Assembly (NCBI GenBank): GCA_016214605.1
Contig: JACROD010000023.1
Coordinates: 32,428-96,427, forward strand
Source of the DNA: Candidatus Kaiserbacteria bacterium
GTDB lineage: Bacteria; Patescibacteriota; Minisyncoccia; Phycocordibacterales; UBA2100
Length of the DNA stretch: 64,000 bases
Reading direction: 5' to 3'
Shown: positions 8,822-18,044 of the stretch, one piece after another
Position numbering within the stretch: position 1 is the stretch's first letter
How the letters are laid out: each line of letters starts with the position of its first letter
Made by a program: the position numbers and the translations under genes
Notes under the pieces: generated by a model
Database searches by the model: none
What the model saw: the letters and a program-made list of their open reading frames with translations, nothing else
What the model was told of the DNA's origin: nothing

Positions 8822-9205
8822 TTATGTTTTCTCCAGCTTACGACGGCCGGATGTCATGGTCTTGCGGACGTTGCCGCGGACGGTGCGAGAATTGGTCTTG
8901 GTGCGTTGGCCGCGAGCGGGCAAACGGCGCAAGTGGCGGATGCCGCGGTGAGCTTTGATGTCGCGCAGGCGTCGGATATTGGCTGCAATTTCACGCTTGA
9001 GCTCGCCTTCTACCGGGCGCTTCTCGATAGCATCGCGCAAGGCTGCTTCTTGGGAATCGGTAAGATCCTTTGGTTTGGAGCCTGGATCAATACCAAGATC
9101 GATAAGAGTAGACTGCGCAAGGGGGCGTCCTACGCCATAGACCGCCGTGAGGCCAATCTCAAGGCGTTTATTGTCGGGGATGGTGATTCCTGAAATTCTC
9201 AACAT
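8822..9205 (-). CDS. rpsM: 30S ribosomal protein S13
   Basis: MLRISGITIPDNKRLEIGLTAVYGVGRPLAQ...IKAHRGIRHLRRLPARGQRTKTNSRT. Confidence 0.9.
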   Translation of the reverse strand: MLRISGITIPDNKRLEIGLTAVYGVGRPLAQSTLIDLGIDPGSKPKDLTDSQEAALRDAIEKRPVEGELKREIAANIRRLRDIKAHRGIRHLRRLPARGQRTKTNSRTVRGNVRKTMTSGRRKLEKT

Positions 9206-9217
9206 AAATATATAAAA

Positions 9218-9331
9218 TTATCCCTGGCGTTGCTTGTGGCGGGGATTGGTGCAGATGACCCAGAGCCGTCCGCGGCGACGCACGTGTCGGCAATGCATGC
9301 AGATTTTCTTGACAGAAGCTTTAACTTTCAT
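9218..9331 (-). CDS. rpmJ: 50S ribosomal protein L36 (37 aa; below the ORF-track length cutoff)
   Basis: Manual translation of the minus strand gives [37 protein letters not shown], which is the L36 zinc-ribbon. Confidence 0.85.
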   Translation of the reverse strand: MKVKASVKKICMHCRHVRRRGRLWVICTNPRHKQRQG

Positions 9332-9386
9332 GATGAGAATATGATGAAGATATTGAAATAGTATTGGAGACTCTTTATCACTCTAC

Positions 9387-9593
9387 CTACCCTCTTCGAG
9401 TGATTCGCGACCGGCCGCCATAAGGATCGAGCTGTACTTGGACACGATCGCCTACAAGGACCTTGATGCGATGCAGGCGCATTTTTCCGGCAAGGTACGC
9501 GAGAGTTACCTGCCCGGATGCAAGCTGTACACGAAAAAGTGTATTTGGAAGCGCCTCTTCGACGATTCCTTCGACAACTTCTGGTTCAGCCAT
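9387..9593 (-). CDS. infA: Translation initiation factor IF-1
   Basis: ...EGIVEEALPNTLFRVQLASGQVTLAYLAGKMRLHRIKVLVGDRVQVQLDPYGG... This is the S1-like OB fold, in the expected infA-rpmJ-rpsM order. Confidence 0.8.
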   Translation of the reverse strand: MAEPEVVEGIVEEALPNTLFRVQLASGQVTLAYLAGKMRLHRIKVLVGDRVQVQLDPYGGRSRITRRG

Positions 9594-9630
9594 ATCTGCG
9601 CAAGGAATGATAGCAAAGTGGGGCTGTATG

Positions 9631-11202
9631 TCAAGCTCCGGCCGTGCCGGAAGCCGGTTGAGGGGCTTTGATATCGATCTTTATATCGTTTTGATTGGTC
9701 GGGAAGCTGCCTTTCCAGAAGGGTTCTATACGAGCGCGGGCACTCTCAATACCTGGGAAATTGGCTATAATGCTCTTAAAGGAGGCTTGATCGCGACCTG
9801 CGAGGGCCTTAGAAAGCTCGTCTTTGTCCACATTCCAGATCAATACGGCATCGCCTGTTGGTTTGAAGTGGAAAGGTGCTGTCCCTAGGGTACCTGATGC
9901 GATATCTGATGAGGTCGCGCCAAAGGTGTCTTTGTTGCCCATAAGCGTGAGCTTTGCGGTTTCTGCGTCGGCTGTTACGAGAGACCCGACCATCTGAGCA
10001 AAGATATCAGCAGATAAGATCGGTACGACAGAATGGATCCGCACGTGGATCCCGACACCATTGGATTCGTTGGTATCGGGAAGGTCTTGGTACGTGGTCT
10101 GGGCGAGACTATAGAATATGGTTGCGTTTGGGCCGGCGTTATCAGTGGCTTTTTGTATGGATGCTTGAAGGAGTCGGGTGCGAATATTTGCCGTTGCGGT
10201 TGCACGCGCTGCCGGGTCAGTGGCCGTTTTGTCTCCTGAGAATCCACCTGCCAATGGCGCAGGAGATTGGGCATGTACCCCTTTGTACATGGCATCGTTT
10301 GATTTGAGTCCGGGCAGGGTGAATTCGGTCCCTGAATTAACATTGTATTGTTGTCCTGTCTGGTCGGCGATGACCGTCACATTGACCTGGCCCGGAGTCG
10401 AACCCTTTTTACCGGGGACCACGATATCGTTGGGGGTGCGGAAGATCAGATGATCTGGGGTCTCAAAGCGTGTGGTAGCGATGAGTTTGACCGGAGCGGA
10501 TGAGTATGTGTTGTATACGGTGATCGATCCGGAGGCCTTGGTCTCTACATGGGTAGTGCCTCCCTGTGCGGGGATCACCTCTGAGTCATCGAGATCGATC
10601 GTTTGTACCGAATAAGGGAGTGTTCCCGAAGCTGCGGAAGTCTCCGGATACGCGGTGAACTCGGTAGTCTGGTCAAAAGTGACCTGATGGGAACGCGGGG
10701 TCACGGTGACGACTGTCGGGCGCGTCGCCAAGATCCCAAAGAGTGCGACGACAAGGACGAGTGCTCCGGCGATAAGCCAAATCCAAAGACGAGAACGAGA
10801 TGAGCGGGGCGAATGCGACATCGAGACTCCGGCCCCCGTCAGCGAAGAACCTTTTCTCGGATCAGGTGGTATAGGGCGCGGGCGTCCGCGCGATGGCAGA
10901 TTGATATTACGAATACCTCGAAGTCCGACTTCTTCTCGCAAGACATCTTGCTCCTCCTCAACTGATTCGTCTTCAAGGTCGGAATCGTCACCGGCATCAT
11001 CTTCGGACGCATGATGCGGGTGTGTGCCCTTTATTGGACGTTTAAGTACGATCTCATCGTCATCCTCGATAGTGTCGTCGATATCTTCATCTTGAGGCTT
11101 GATGCGCCGTGCGGGGCTGCCAGTGCGTGCTGGAGTCGGCTTGATCTTGCGAGCACTGCCCGCAGCTGGTGGAATAATGTCTTGAAAATAATCTTTTGCC
11201 AT
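9631..11202 (-). CDS. Hypothetical membrane-anchored protein (acidic low-complexity N-terminus, one TM helix, large extracytoplasmic domain)
   Basis: 523 aa. It has a D/E-rich N-terminus, a TM segment LWIWLIAGALVLVVALFGILA, and a T/S/G-rich ectodomain. No catalytic motif was seen. Confidence 0.4.
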   Translation of the reverse strand: MAKDYFQDIIPPAAGSARKIKPTPARTGSPARRIKPQDEDIDDTIEDDDEIVLKRPIKGTHPHHASEDDAGDDSDLEDESVEEEQDVLREEVGLRGIRNINLPSRGRPRPIPPDPRKGSSLTGAGVSMSHSPRSSRSRLWIWLIAGALVLVVALFGILATRPTVVTVTPRSHQVTFDQTTEFTAYPETSAASGTLPYSVQTIDLDDSEVIPAQGGTTHVETKASGSITVYNTYSSAPVKLIATTRFETPDHLIFRTPNDIVVPGKKGSTPGQVNVTVIADQTGQQYNVNSGTEFTLPGLKSNDAMYKGVHAQSPAPLAGGFSGDKTATDPAARATATANIRTRLLQASIQKATDNAGPNATIFYSLAQTTYQDLPDTNESNGVGIHVRIHSVVPILSADIFAQMVGSLVTADAETAKLTLMGNKDTFGATSSDIASGTLGTAPFHFKPTGDAVLIWNVDKDELSKALAGRDQASFKSIIANFPGIESARARIEPFWKGSFPTNQNDIKIDIKAPQPASGTAGA

Positions 11203-11302
11203 AGTTAAAAAATTATACCTCGTCTAAAGTTTACATCAAAGATACGAGGAGTGTATAAGTGGATCGGATGTCTTAAGAATACCCCCTCCTAATAATAAAA
11301 CA

Positions 11303-12481
11303 CTATCTTTGTTCGATACTCACGAACGCTGCCGACAGCAAGAGGCGTTGATTGATCGTAAGGCGCGAGGGTACGACAAATCGACGCAGGGATTCGGAGC
11401 TGAGAACGATAACCTCAAAGGGGTGCGTGGTGGTGGTGAACTGGGTGAAATCAATGCGTGAAAATATGGTCGTGAGCCACGGAGCGAGCGCGTCTTCACA
11501 AAGAAGTACGAGCAGTGGCGGCAGATAACGGGTCGAGGCAAGTTCGACCATCGCATCGGCAAAGACACGCACCAGGTCCGGTTCGACACGCGTGGTCGCT
11601 TCTGTGATCTCGGTGCATGCGTCGGTACTGCATGTCTCGTCGGTGACCATGCGCATAAGCGAAAGTGTTTCCTCGGGCATTCTTTTTCCGGCGATCCGTT
11701 TGATGATCGATAAGAGACCTTCGTCGACCGTCTTGTGGGCCATCGAGAGCCCTGTATGGATATTGGCAATAATGGTCGTGTCGCGCGTGAGGTCGACCAG
11801 GCAAAAATCTTTCTGGAGACCGGGGATCGCTTCTACGACGGAGAGGATCGTACGGAACTGTGAACGGAAGACGACCGGTGCAGGGAAGAGTCGATGCAGA
11901 GCGTCTTGCACGATAGACCGGATCTGGGGTTCGCACCCACTTATAAGCGCGTAGACGGATACTTTGTGTGCCTGTTTGCCGATCGGCTCGCTCGTAGCAT
12001 AACCATTGAGTTCTATGCGAACGACATTGGCTTCCAAAAGATTGGCCGCATTGATCTCGGTGCTTTCGTCGAGGGCTTGTTTGGCGAGGTCGGCGATCAT
12101 GTGCTCAGTGATCGCCACCTCGGTATCGAATTTTGCGACGGTGCGGATGGTCTGCGAACGGACCCAGGGCGTATTCATGATACAGAAGACATTCGTGATA
12201 GATCCGTGGGATTTTTGCAGGCTGGTATATGTATCAAGTGCCTTTTTCCCAGCCTCATTGATCTGGTCCGGAAGGGCCGCCAAGACCGCCTCAGGGGTCC
12301 GATCTTCAAAAGAAAGGTCGCTGCGCCCTGCGGCGAGGATTTCCAGCGGTTTGTCCTGGTGCAAGAGTGCGATCGCGATCGATACACAGCCGCTCTGGAT
12401 GTCGACGATGGCGACCGGTCGGGTTTTTGAGGACGAGAGAGAAAGCGCGCTCATGTACAAGACAGTATACCGCGAGAACAC
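11303..12481 (-). CDS. Actin-like ATPase (FtsA/PilM/Hsp70 superfamily)
   Basis: The N-terminal RPVAIVDIQSGCVSIAIAL (phosphate-1-like motif) and the later VDLTRDTTIIANIHTG (phosphate-2-like motif) resemble FtsA/PilM. The family assignment is tentative. Confidence 0.35.
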   Translation of the reverse strand: MFSRYTVLYMSALSLSSSKTRPVAIVDIQSGCVSIAIALLHQDKPLEILAAGRSDLSFEDRTPEAVLAALPDQINEAGKKALDTYTSLQKSHGSITNVFCIMNTPWVRSQTIRTVAKFDTEVAITEHMIADLAKQALDESTEINAANLLEANVVRIELNGYATSEPIGKQAHKVSVYALISGCEPQIRSIVQDALHRLFPAPVVFRSQFRTILSVVEAIPGLQKDFCLVDLTRDTTIIANIHTGLSMAHKTVDEGLLSIIKRIAGKRMPEETLSLMRMVTDETCSTDACTEITEATTRVEPDLVRVFADAMVELASTRYLPPLLVLLCEDALAPWLTTIFSRIDFTQFTTTTHPFEVIVLSSESLRRFVVPSRLTINQRLLLSAAFVSIEQR

Positions 12482-12523
12482 ATGCAGTGGGTCTTGACGA
12501 TGTGTATATGTGCGACGATTTCT

Positions 12524-12838
12524 TTACGAAGGTAAATTCACGCCTGTTTTCTGGGCGATTAGGCGGATCCATTCTTCGTGGCGGGAGAGTTGTACTGATA
12601 CGGCGGCATATTCCAGTGAAAGATCGCTTACCACCTTGGCCAAACGATCAATCGCGGTTAATATCTCACCGACCCTCTTGTCTATTTTCTGATCCAAACG
12701 CTCTTCAAGTCGTTTGAGATCATCATGAGTTACCATCGCATCAATCATACGATCGAGCTTGTCGTTCAAATCGTTAAACCCGATCACCTTCTTTTTAGCC
12801 GCTTGTTTTTTGGCCATAGTTAAATGATAACACGGCAC
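12524..12838 (-). CDS. Hypothetical coiled-coil protein (the likely true start is MAKKQAAKKK at 12817)
   Basis: It has a lysine-rich N-terminus followed by a heptad-like pattern (LKRLEERLDQKIDKRVGEILTAIDRLAK). Confidence 0.3.
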   Translation of the reverse strand: MPCYHLTMAKKQAAKKKVIGFNDLNDKLDRMIDAMVTHDDLKRLEERLDQKIDKRVGEILTAIDRLAKVVSDLSLEYAAVSVQLSRHEEWIRLIAQKTGVNLPS

Positions 12839-12844
12839 TTAATA

Positions 12845-14905
12845 CTACAACAGCACCGCTTTGATCCGGCGAATACCTGATGCCACTGCTTCTTCTTTGG
12901 TGATCTTGAAGGTGCCTGCTTGGGCGATCTCGCTGGTGTTTTGCACATGGGGGCCGCCACAGAATTCTATGGAGAAGGCTTTATCGAATTGTGGGTCTTC
13001 CAGGGTCGCTTCGAGCGGCCCGAGCGAGTAGACGGATACGATGTCTGGATATTTGGCGCCGAATTCGTGTTGTGCGCCGAGATGTTCGGCCTCGTCGCGC
13101 GGCATGGTGGAGCGGGTCATCGGCAGGTGCTGTTGGATCGCTTCATTCACGATGCGCTCGACTTCCCTCTTTTGTTCATCGGTCATCTTGGCGTCGTGAG
13201 AAAAGTCGATACGGAGGCGCTCGCCGGTGATGTTGGACCCGCGCTGCTTCACATGCTCGCCGAGTACCATCTGGAGCGCCTTGAGAAGGATGTGGTGCGT
13301 CGTGTGCAGGCGCACGGTCGCCTCGGAATGGTCGGCGAGGCCGCCTTTGAATTTTTGTTCACTGCCGGCGCGGGAGAGGTCCTGGTGTTTTTTCATTAAC
13401 TCTTGAAATTCGGTTAATATACGTTCCCTTCTTTTATTAGGAAGTACATCTAAGCCGTGTTGTTGTCTCATACTGTCGAAAACTTCTAGAGACATTTCTG
13501 CAGGAAAGCCAAATGTAGTGAATAATTCAAAAAGTGTTTTCCCGGAGATAGGCTCAAGTTTAGGTATCGGTTGTCCATCCTCATATTGACGCACTATGGG
13601 TAGATTTTTTTTGAGACTCTCCCGTACACTCCCTATGCCTTCACCGATACGAATTTCATCCGCGACCCGCACTTCCAAGACTTTTAGTCCACGTTCAAGC
13701 GCATGCCCGAACTGCACCTCTTCCTTCCAAATCTCTTTGGTGATCTCTTGGTAGGCTTCTTCGGTGGCGAGCTCGCTGTAGGCGGCTTTGTATTTCTCGA
13801 TGATAATCACTGCACAGCGATTGAGCATACTCTCCTCTCGCCTGTCATTTTGGACGCCGATCTTTTGGGCGTGCTGGCTCGCGCGGCGGATGAGACGACG
13901 TAAGACATAGCCGCGTTCGGTATTGGACGGCCGCACGCCATCGGCGAGCATGAATACCGCGGCGCGCATGTGATCGGCGACGATGCGAAATGAGCGCTGA
14001 TAGAGTGGATCTGCGTATTGTTTGCCCGAAAAGGTCTCGAGGAGGTCGATGATCTCGGTGAATACGTCGATCTTGAAGACATCAGGGTCGTGGTTGGTGG
14101 CCGCGGTGATGCGCTCGAGGCCGCCGCCAAAGTCGACATTGCGTTTGGGAAGGTCAGCAAAGGTCTCACCCTCCCTCTTGATGTATTGCATAAAGACGTT
14201 GTTGCCGATCTCCATGAAGCGGCCGCAATCGCAATTGGGGTGGCAGTGTGCGCCAAATGTCTCGTCGTGCGGCGTGCCGAAGTCATAAAACATCTCCGAG
14301 TCGGGTCCCCCCGGCTCTCCAGCAGGCATTTTGTCGGGTACGCCCGCGCGGCTCCACCAATTCTTCCTGACGCCGTAATAAAAGATGCGGCCGCCTTGCA
14401 TGCCGACCTTGGCGGCATTCTCCTCGGTATCGAGCACTACATCAGCCGCATCGATGTCTTTTGAGGCAAAAAGCGCCTTCCAAGTGAGGGTGGACTCTTC
14501 GTCGCGTGGCATGTCGTACTTTTCGTCGCCCGCAAACACGGTCACGTAGAGATTTTGCGGGTCGAGACCGATCTCGTCGGTCAGGAATTCAAACATCCAG
14601 GTGAGCTGGTCTTTTTTGAAATAATCGCCCAGGGACCAGTTGCCGAGCATCTCGAAGAAGGTGGTGTGGCGATTGTCGCCGACCTCTTCGATGTCTTCGG
14701 CGCGGAAGCTCTTTTGACTGTCGGTGATGCGGGTGCCCTCCGGATGCGGCTCACCCAGGAAATACGGTAGCATTGGCTGCATGCCGGAGCCGGTAAAGAG
14801 TGTCGTGGGGTCATTGAGCGGGACGAGCGAGGCGGAGGGAATTACACGATGCCCGCGGGCTTTGAAGAATTCGAGGTATTTGGTGCGTACGTCGCGGACA
14901 TTCAT
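12845..14905 (-). CDS. alaS: Alanine--tRNA ligase, short form (~687 aa)
   Basis: From the ATG at 14905 the translation reads MNVRDVRTKYLEFFKARGHRVIPSASLVPLNDPTTLFTGSGMQPMLPYFLG...FFEMLGNWSLGDYFK...WWSRAG...HCHPNCDCGRFMEIGNNVFMQY, followed by the editing domain (HTTHHILLKALQ...FCGGPHV). The ORF-track start at 15004 is an upstream over-extension. Confidence 0.9.
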   Translation of the reverse strand: MNVRDVRTKYLEFFKARGHRVIPSASLVPLNDPTTLFTGSGMQPMLPYFLGEPHPEGTRITDSQKSFRAEDIEEVGDNRHTTFFEMLGNWSLGDYFKKDQLTWMFEFLTDEIGLDPQNLYVTVFAGDEKYDMPRDEESTLTWKALFASKDIDAADVVLDTEENAAKVGMQGGRIFYYGVRKNWWSRAGVPDKMPAGEPGGPDSEMFYDFGTPHDETFGAHCHPNCDCGRFMEIGNNVFMQYIKREGETFADLPKRNVDFGGGLERITAATNHDPDVFKIDVFTEIIDLLETFSGKQYADPLYQRSFRIVADHMRAAVFMLADGVRPSNTERGYVLRRLIRRASQHAQKIGVQNDRREESMLNRCAVIIIEKYKAAYSELATEEAYQEITKEIWKEEVQFGHALERGLKVLEVRVADEIRIGEGIGSVRESLKKNLPIVRQYEDGQPIPKLEPISGKTLFELFTTFGFPAEMSLEVFDSMRQQHGLDVLPNKRRERILTEFQELMKKHQDLSRAGSEQKFKGGLADHSEATVRLHTTHHILLKALQMVLGEHVKQRGSNITGERLRIDFSHDAKMTDEQKREVERIVNEAIQQHLPMTRSTMPRDEAEHLGAQHEFGAKYPDIVSVYSLGPLEATLEDPQFDKAFSIEFCGGPHVQNTSEIAQAGTFKITKEEAVASGIRRIKAVLL

Positions 14906-14984
14906 GTGCCAAGGGTAGCGTGTTTTGCACAAAATGGCAAAAAGAATAGGGATCGTCAATGGACGACCCCTATTTGTGTACTTG

Positions 14985-15875
14985 CTATGCGACAGACATC
15001 TCAAGCGCGTGGAGTACAGGCTTGCTTAGTTTGTCGAATTTATTGCGCACTGCAGCAGCCAGCTTCTTGTAGGCGCGGACCTCGATCTGCCTGATGCGCT
15101 CTCTTGACACGCCGAATTCGTTGCCTAATTGTTCAAGCGTAAGCGGCTCTTCGTGCAGGCGGCGTGCCTCAAGGATGCGTCTTTCGCGCGGACCAAGAAT
15201 CCCGAGAGACCCGCGCAATGCCTTAAGGCGATTATCGTCTGTTTGCCGCTGCTCCAAAACTTCTTCGATGCTTGGCGACGGCTCCACCAGTATATCGATG
15301 AATGTCGCTGCCGAATCATCGTCTATAGACGCCGGTGCATTAAGCGAGAGATCGGCCATCAATCGCTGATTCATTTGGATGATGTCGCTTTTTGAGACAC
15401 CCATCATCCGTGAGATCTTCTCGACCTGCTCGACGCTCATATCGCCTTCTCCATAGGCGCGGATCCGGCTCTTGGCTTTGCGCAAGCCGAAGAAGAGCTT
15501 CTTTTGAGTCTGGGTGGTCCCTATCTTTACGACCGATGCAGTCCGTAGAATATAGTCGGTCATGGAGGCGCGGATCCACCATTGCGCATAGGTAGAGAAA
15601 CGGAATTTCAGTTCGGGCTTAAAGCGCGCAGCAGCGTTCATAAGTCCGACATTGCCTTCCTGGACCAGGTCCGACAATGGCGTTCCGTACCCGGAATACT
15701 TTGCGGCCATCGCGATTACCAGCTTGAGATGGCACTGGACGATCTCCTGGAGCGCCTTGAGGTCCTCGTGGTCGCGCCACTGGATGGCGAGCTGTAGCTC
15801 TCTTTCGCGAGAGAGTATCGGGAATTGGTATGCCTGGGTCACAAATGACCCGGCAAGTTCAATGGGCCTTTTCAT
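14985..15875 (-). CDS. rpoH: RNA polymerase sigma-70 family factor, RpoH (sigma-32)-like
   Basis: Regions 2 through 4 are recognisable (LVQEGNVGLMNAAARFKPELKFRFSTYAQWWIRASM, and a region-4 HTH LTLEQLGNEFGVSRERIRQIEVRAYKKL). It also has an RpoH-box-like QKKLFFGLRKAK. The likely start is MKRPIELAG at 15875. Confidence 0.65.
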   Translation of the reverse strand: MKRPIELAGSFVTQAYQFPILSRERELQLAIQWRDHEDLKALQEIVQCHLKLVIAMAAKYSGYGTPLSDLVQEGNVGLMNAAARFKPELKFRFSTYAQWWIRASMTDYILRTASVVKIGTTQTQKKLFFGLRKAKSRIRAYGEGDMSVEQVEKISRMMGVSKSDIIQMNQRLMADLSLNAPASIDDDSAATFIDILVEPSPSIEEVLEQRQTDDNRLKALRGSLGILGPRERRILEARRLHEEPLTLEQLGNEFGVSRERIRQIEVRAYKKLAAAVRNKFDKLSKPVLHALEMSVA

Positions 15876-16006
15876 GACGATGATCCTTTCTGTGAATGAC
15901 CACGTAGCCTGACAAATTTGTACGCTTCTTTCTGGTATTGTCAATGACTTTCGTATGGGCGGGAAGGCATATAAAAAAGGCCGCACTTGCGCGCGGCCTT
16001 TCAATC

Positions 16007-16660
16007 TTATGCAGTACTCGACATAGAGAGCCCGAAAGAGTGGCAGAGAGTATCTACCGTGTCCCTAAAAACGGGGTCTGTGCGTCTGCGACCGCGGGCA
16101 TGCCCCACGATCCGCATTACGGAGATCCTTGAATAGACGCTAAAGATCACATAGAGGTCTTCAGCCTTCCCCTTCATGGCGTCCATAGTCAAGAGAGCAA
16201 TCGCTTGACGTCCCGTTGCGACCCGCCTGTTTTTTTCGGCTCGCGCAGGGCTTGCGATCTGATCAAGGTCCACACCCAATGTTTCCGAAACCTTTTGAGC
16301 GATTTCCCGAGGCGTGAGTTTTGGCTCATGCACAGGGGCGGACCGCTTCTCGAATGCCGCACATATCGCAATCGCGACAGCCGAGAGTTCGGGAGATATG
16401 TCGACGCTATGGATCGCCTGACGAATTTCGTTTTGGGAGCATTCCAGGATGTCCTGGATCTGCCCATCCAAGATCTCCGGAGTCCGATGTGCGGCTGCTA
16501 TAAGAAGTAGTCGAGCCTCGAGCTCCGCCTTGGATCGTTTGTTTTTCGGAAGCATGATCGCCTGCAAATCGACTCGCTTCTTATCGCAAATCAATTCCGC
16601 CAAGGCGTTTATCTTCGTTCCGACGCTTAAAAAAACCATATTCTCACCCTCCATGATCAA
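16007..16660 (-). CDS. Hypothetical protein whose C-terminus resembles DnaA domain IV (HTH)
   Basis: The C-terminal ...RVATGRQAIALLTMDAMKGKAEDLYVIFSVYSRISVMRIVGHARG...DPVFRDTVDTL parallels the DnaA_C pattern (ARQ.AMyL..e.t..S...IG..FggRDHTTV.HA..KI). The call is weak. Confidence 0.3.
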   Translation of the reverse strand: MIMEGENMVFLSVGTKINALAELICDKKRVDLQAIMLPKNKRSKAELEARLLLIAAAHRTPEILDGQIQDILECSQNEIRQAIHSVDISPELSAVAIAICAAFEKRSAPVHEPKLTPREIAQKVSETLGVDLDQIASPARAEKNRRVATGRQAIALLTMDAMKGKAEDLYVIFSVYSRISVMRIVGHARGRRRTDPVFRDTVDTLCHSFGLSMSSTA

Positions 16661-16709
16661 TGCTCACGAAAAAGCGTTTCCACTAGAAATGTGTATAAAC
16701 CCGAATTAC

Positions 16710-18041
16710 CTACTTGTCAATGGATGTCGCCTTATCGTTTGATACCGGTCCAGCGACTGATTCTGAGAGATTTTCGATCACGAGATACTTCTTGAGCGCT
16801 TTGTGGACCTGTGCCTTAGTGAGTTTGAGCACTTGCTTCGGAAATTCGTCGAGATAGGAAGGTTTCTTTCCTTCGACAGCGCAATCATGGGCGACGCGCG
16901 CAAGATCCATAGAATTGGTGGCGCACAAGACGCGCGATCGAGCCTCGTACATTTCGCGGTGTTGCTTGACCTCGCTTGCAGTCGGACCTTCTTCGACGAT
17001 ACGCTTGATCTCGCGCAGGATGGAAGCGCGGCCGCGCTCGAAGAGTTCGGGTGCAAAGGTCCCCCAGATCGCGACGTAGCCGTCGGTGCCGTACATAAAG
17101 CCTCCCGGATACGAATAGACGCCGTATGTGAGACCTTCCACTTCGCGTACGATCTTCATAAGGCGTCCGGTGAAGCCGCTGCGGCTGCCGAGCACCTGAA
17201 GGCCGAGGAGGAGCGCGGGATAATCCGTGTGCGTGTTGGTGATACCGGTCACGCTGCCCAATATATAGTCGATACTCGCTTTGTCGGGGATGGGTGTGAC
17301 GACTTTGCGGGCTTTTTGCGGAAGGGCCCTATCGTATGGCGGAATCGTCACGGTGCGCTGCGGCAAGGTGGAAAAATATTTCTCGACGAGTGTAAATGCT
17401 TTCTCCTTTTTCATATCGCCTGCGATCGAGACGATCAGGAGCGATCGATCGATCGCGTATGTGTGATATTCGCACAGCTCTTTGCGGTTCATTTGTTCGA
17501 CCGCAGCCTTCGAATGAGCCGTGTCTTCTTGGCGATTAGGATGCCGGATGCCAAAGAGTGTCCGAGAAAGATTGATCGAAGCTTGTTCGTGGGGATTCTG
17601 CGCTTCGAGCGAAAGCTCGGCGATCATGCGGGATTTCAAGTGGGCCAATTCTTCCTGTGGGAAGATCGGTTCACGCAAGCATTCGGCGATGAGCGAGAGG
17701 AGCTTGTCCGCATAGACGGCGCGTACCCGCGCATGGAAAACGAGCCGGTCTTTTTCTGCGGCAAAAGAGAGCGAGGCGCCGATCGTATCAAGCATGATCT
17801 GGATCTCTGTCTTGGTATGTGCGGTCGTACCGTCGAGGAGCATCGCGGCATGCATGTCGGCAAGCACATCGCCCGAGAGCGTGCACTCGTCTATGCCTTC
17901 GCATACGAATCCTTGGGCAAGGTGGACGCCACCCTTGAGACTTCCGACGATCGATATTTCCCCATGCGCGGGAAAGGCCGAAAAGAGGGCGCGCGCGCCG
18001 GTCTTGAATCTCTTTTCTTTTATTTTGGAAGCGTAAGACAT
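16710..18041 (-). CDS. M16 family peptidase, non-catalytic partner (no HxxEH motif)
   Basis: 443 aa showing pitrilysin-like domain architecture. It is adjacent to a catalytic M16 gene and lacks the inverted zinc motif. Confidence 0.55.
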   Translation of the reverse strand: MSYASKIKEKRFKTGARALFSAFPAHGEISIVGSLKGGVHLAQGFVCEGIDECTLSGDVLADMHAAMLLDGTTAHTKTEIQIMLDTIGASLSFAAEKDRLVFHARVRAVYADKLLSLIAECLREPIFPQEELAHLKSRMIAELSLEAQNPHEQASINLSRTLFGIRHPNRQEDTAHSKAAVEQMNRKELCEYHTYAIDRSLLIVSIAGDMKKEKAFTLVEKYFSTLPQRTVTIPPYDRALPQKARKVVTPIPDKASIDYILGSVTGITNTHTDYPALLLGLQVLGSRSGFTGRLMKIVREVEGLTYGVYSYPGGFMYGTDGYVAIWGTFAPELFERGRASILREIKRIVEEGPTASEVKQHREMYEARSRVLCATNSMDLARVAHDCAVEGKKPSYLDEFPKQVLKLTKAQVHKALKKYLVIENLSESVAGPVSNDKATSIDK

Positions 18042-18044
18042 AGG

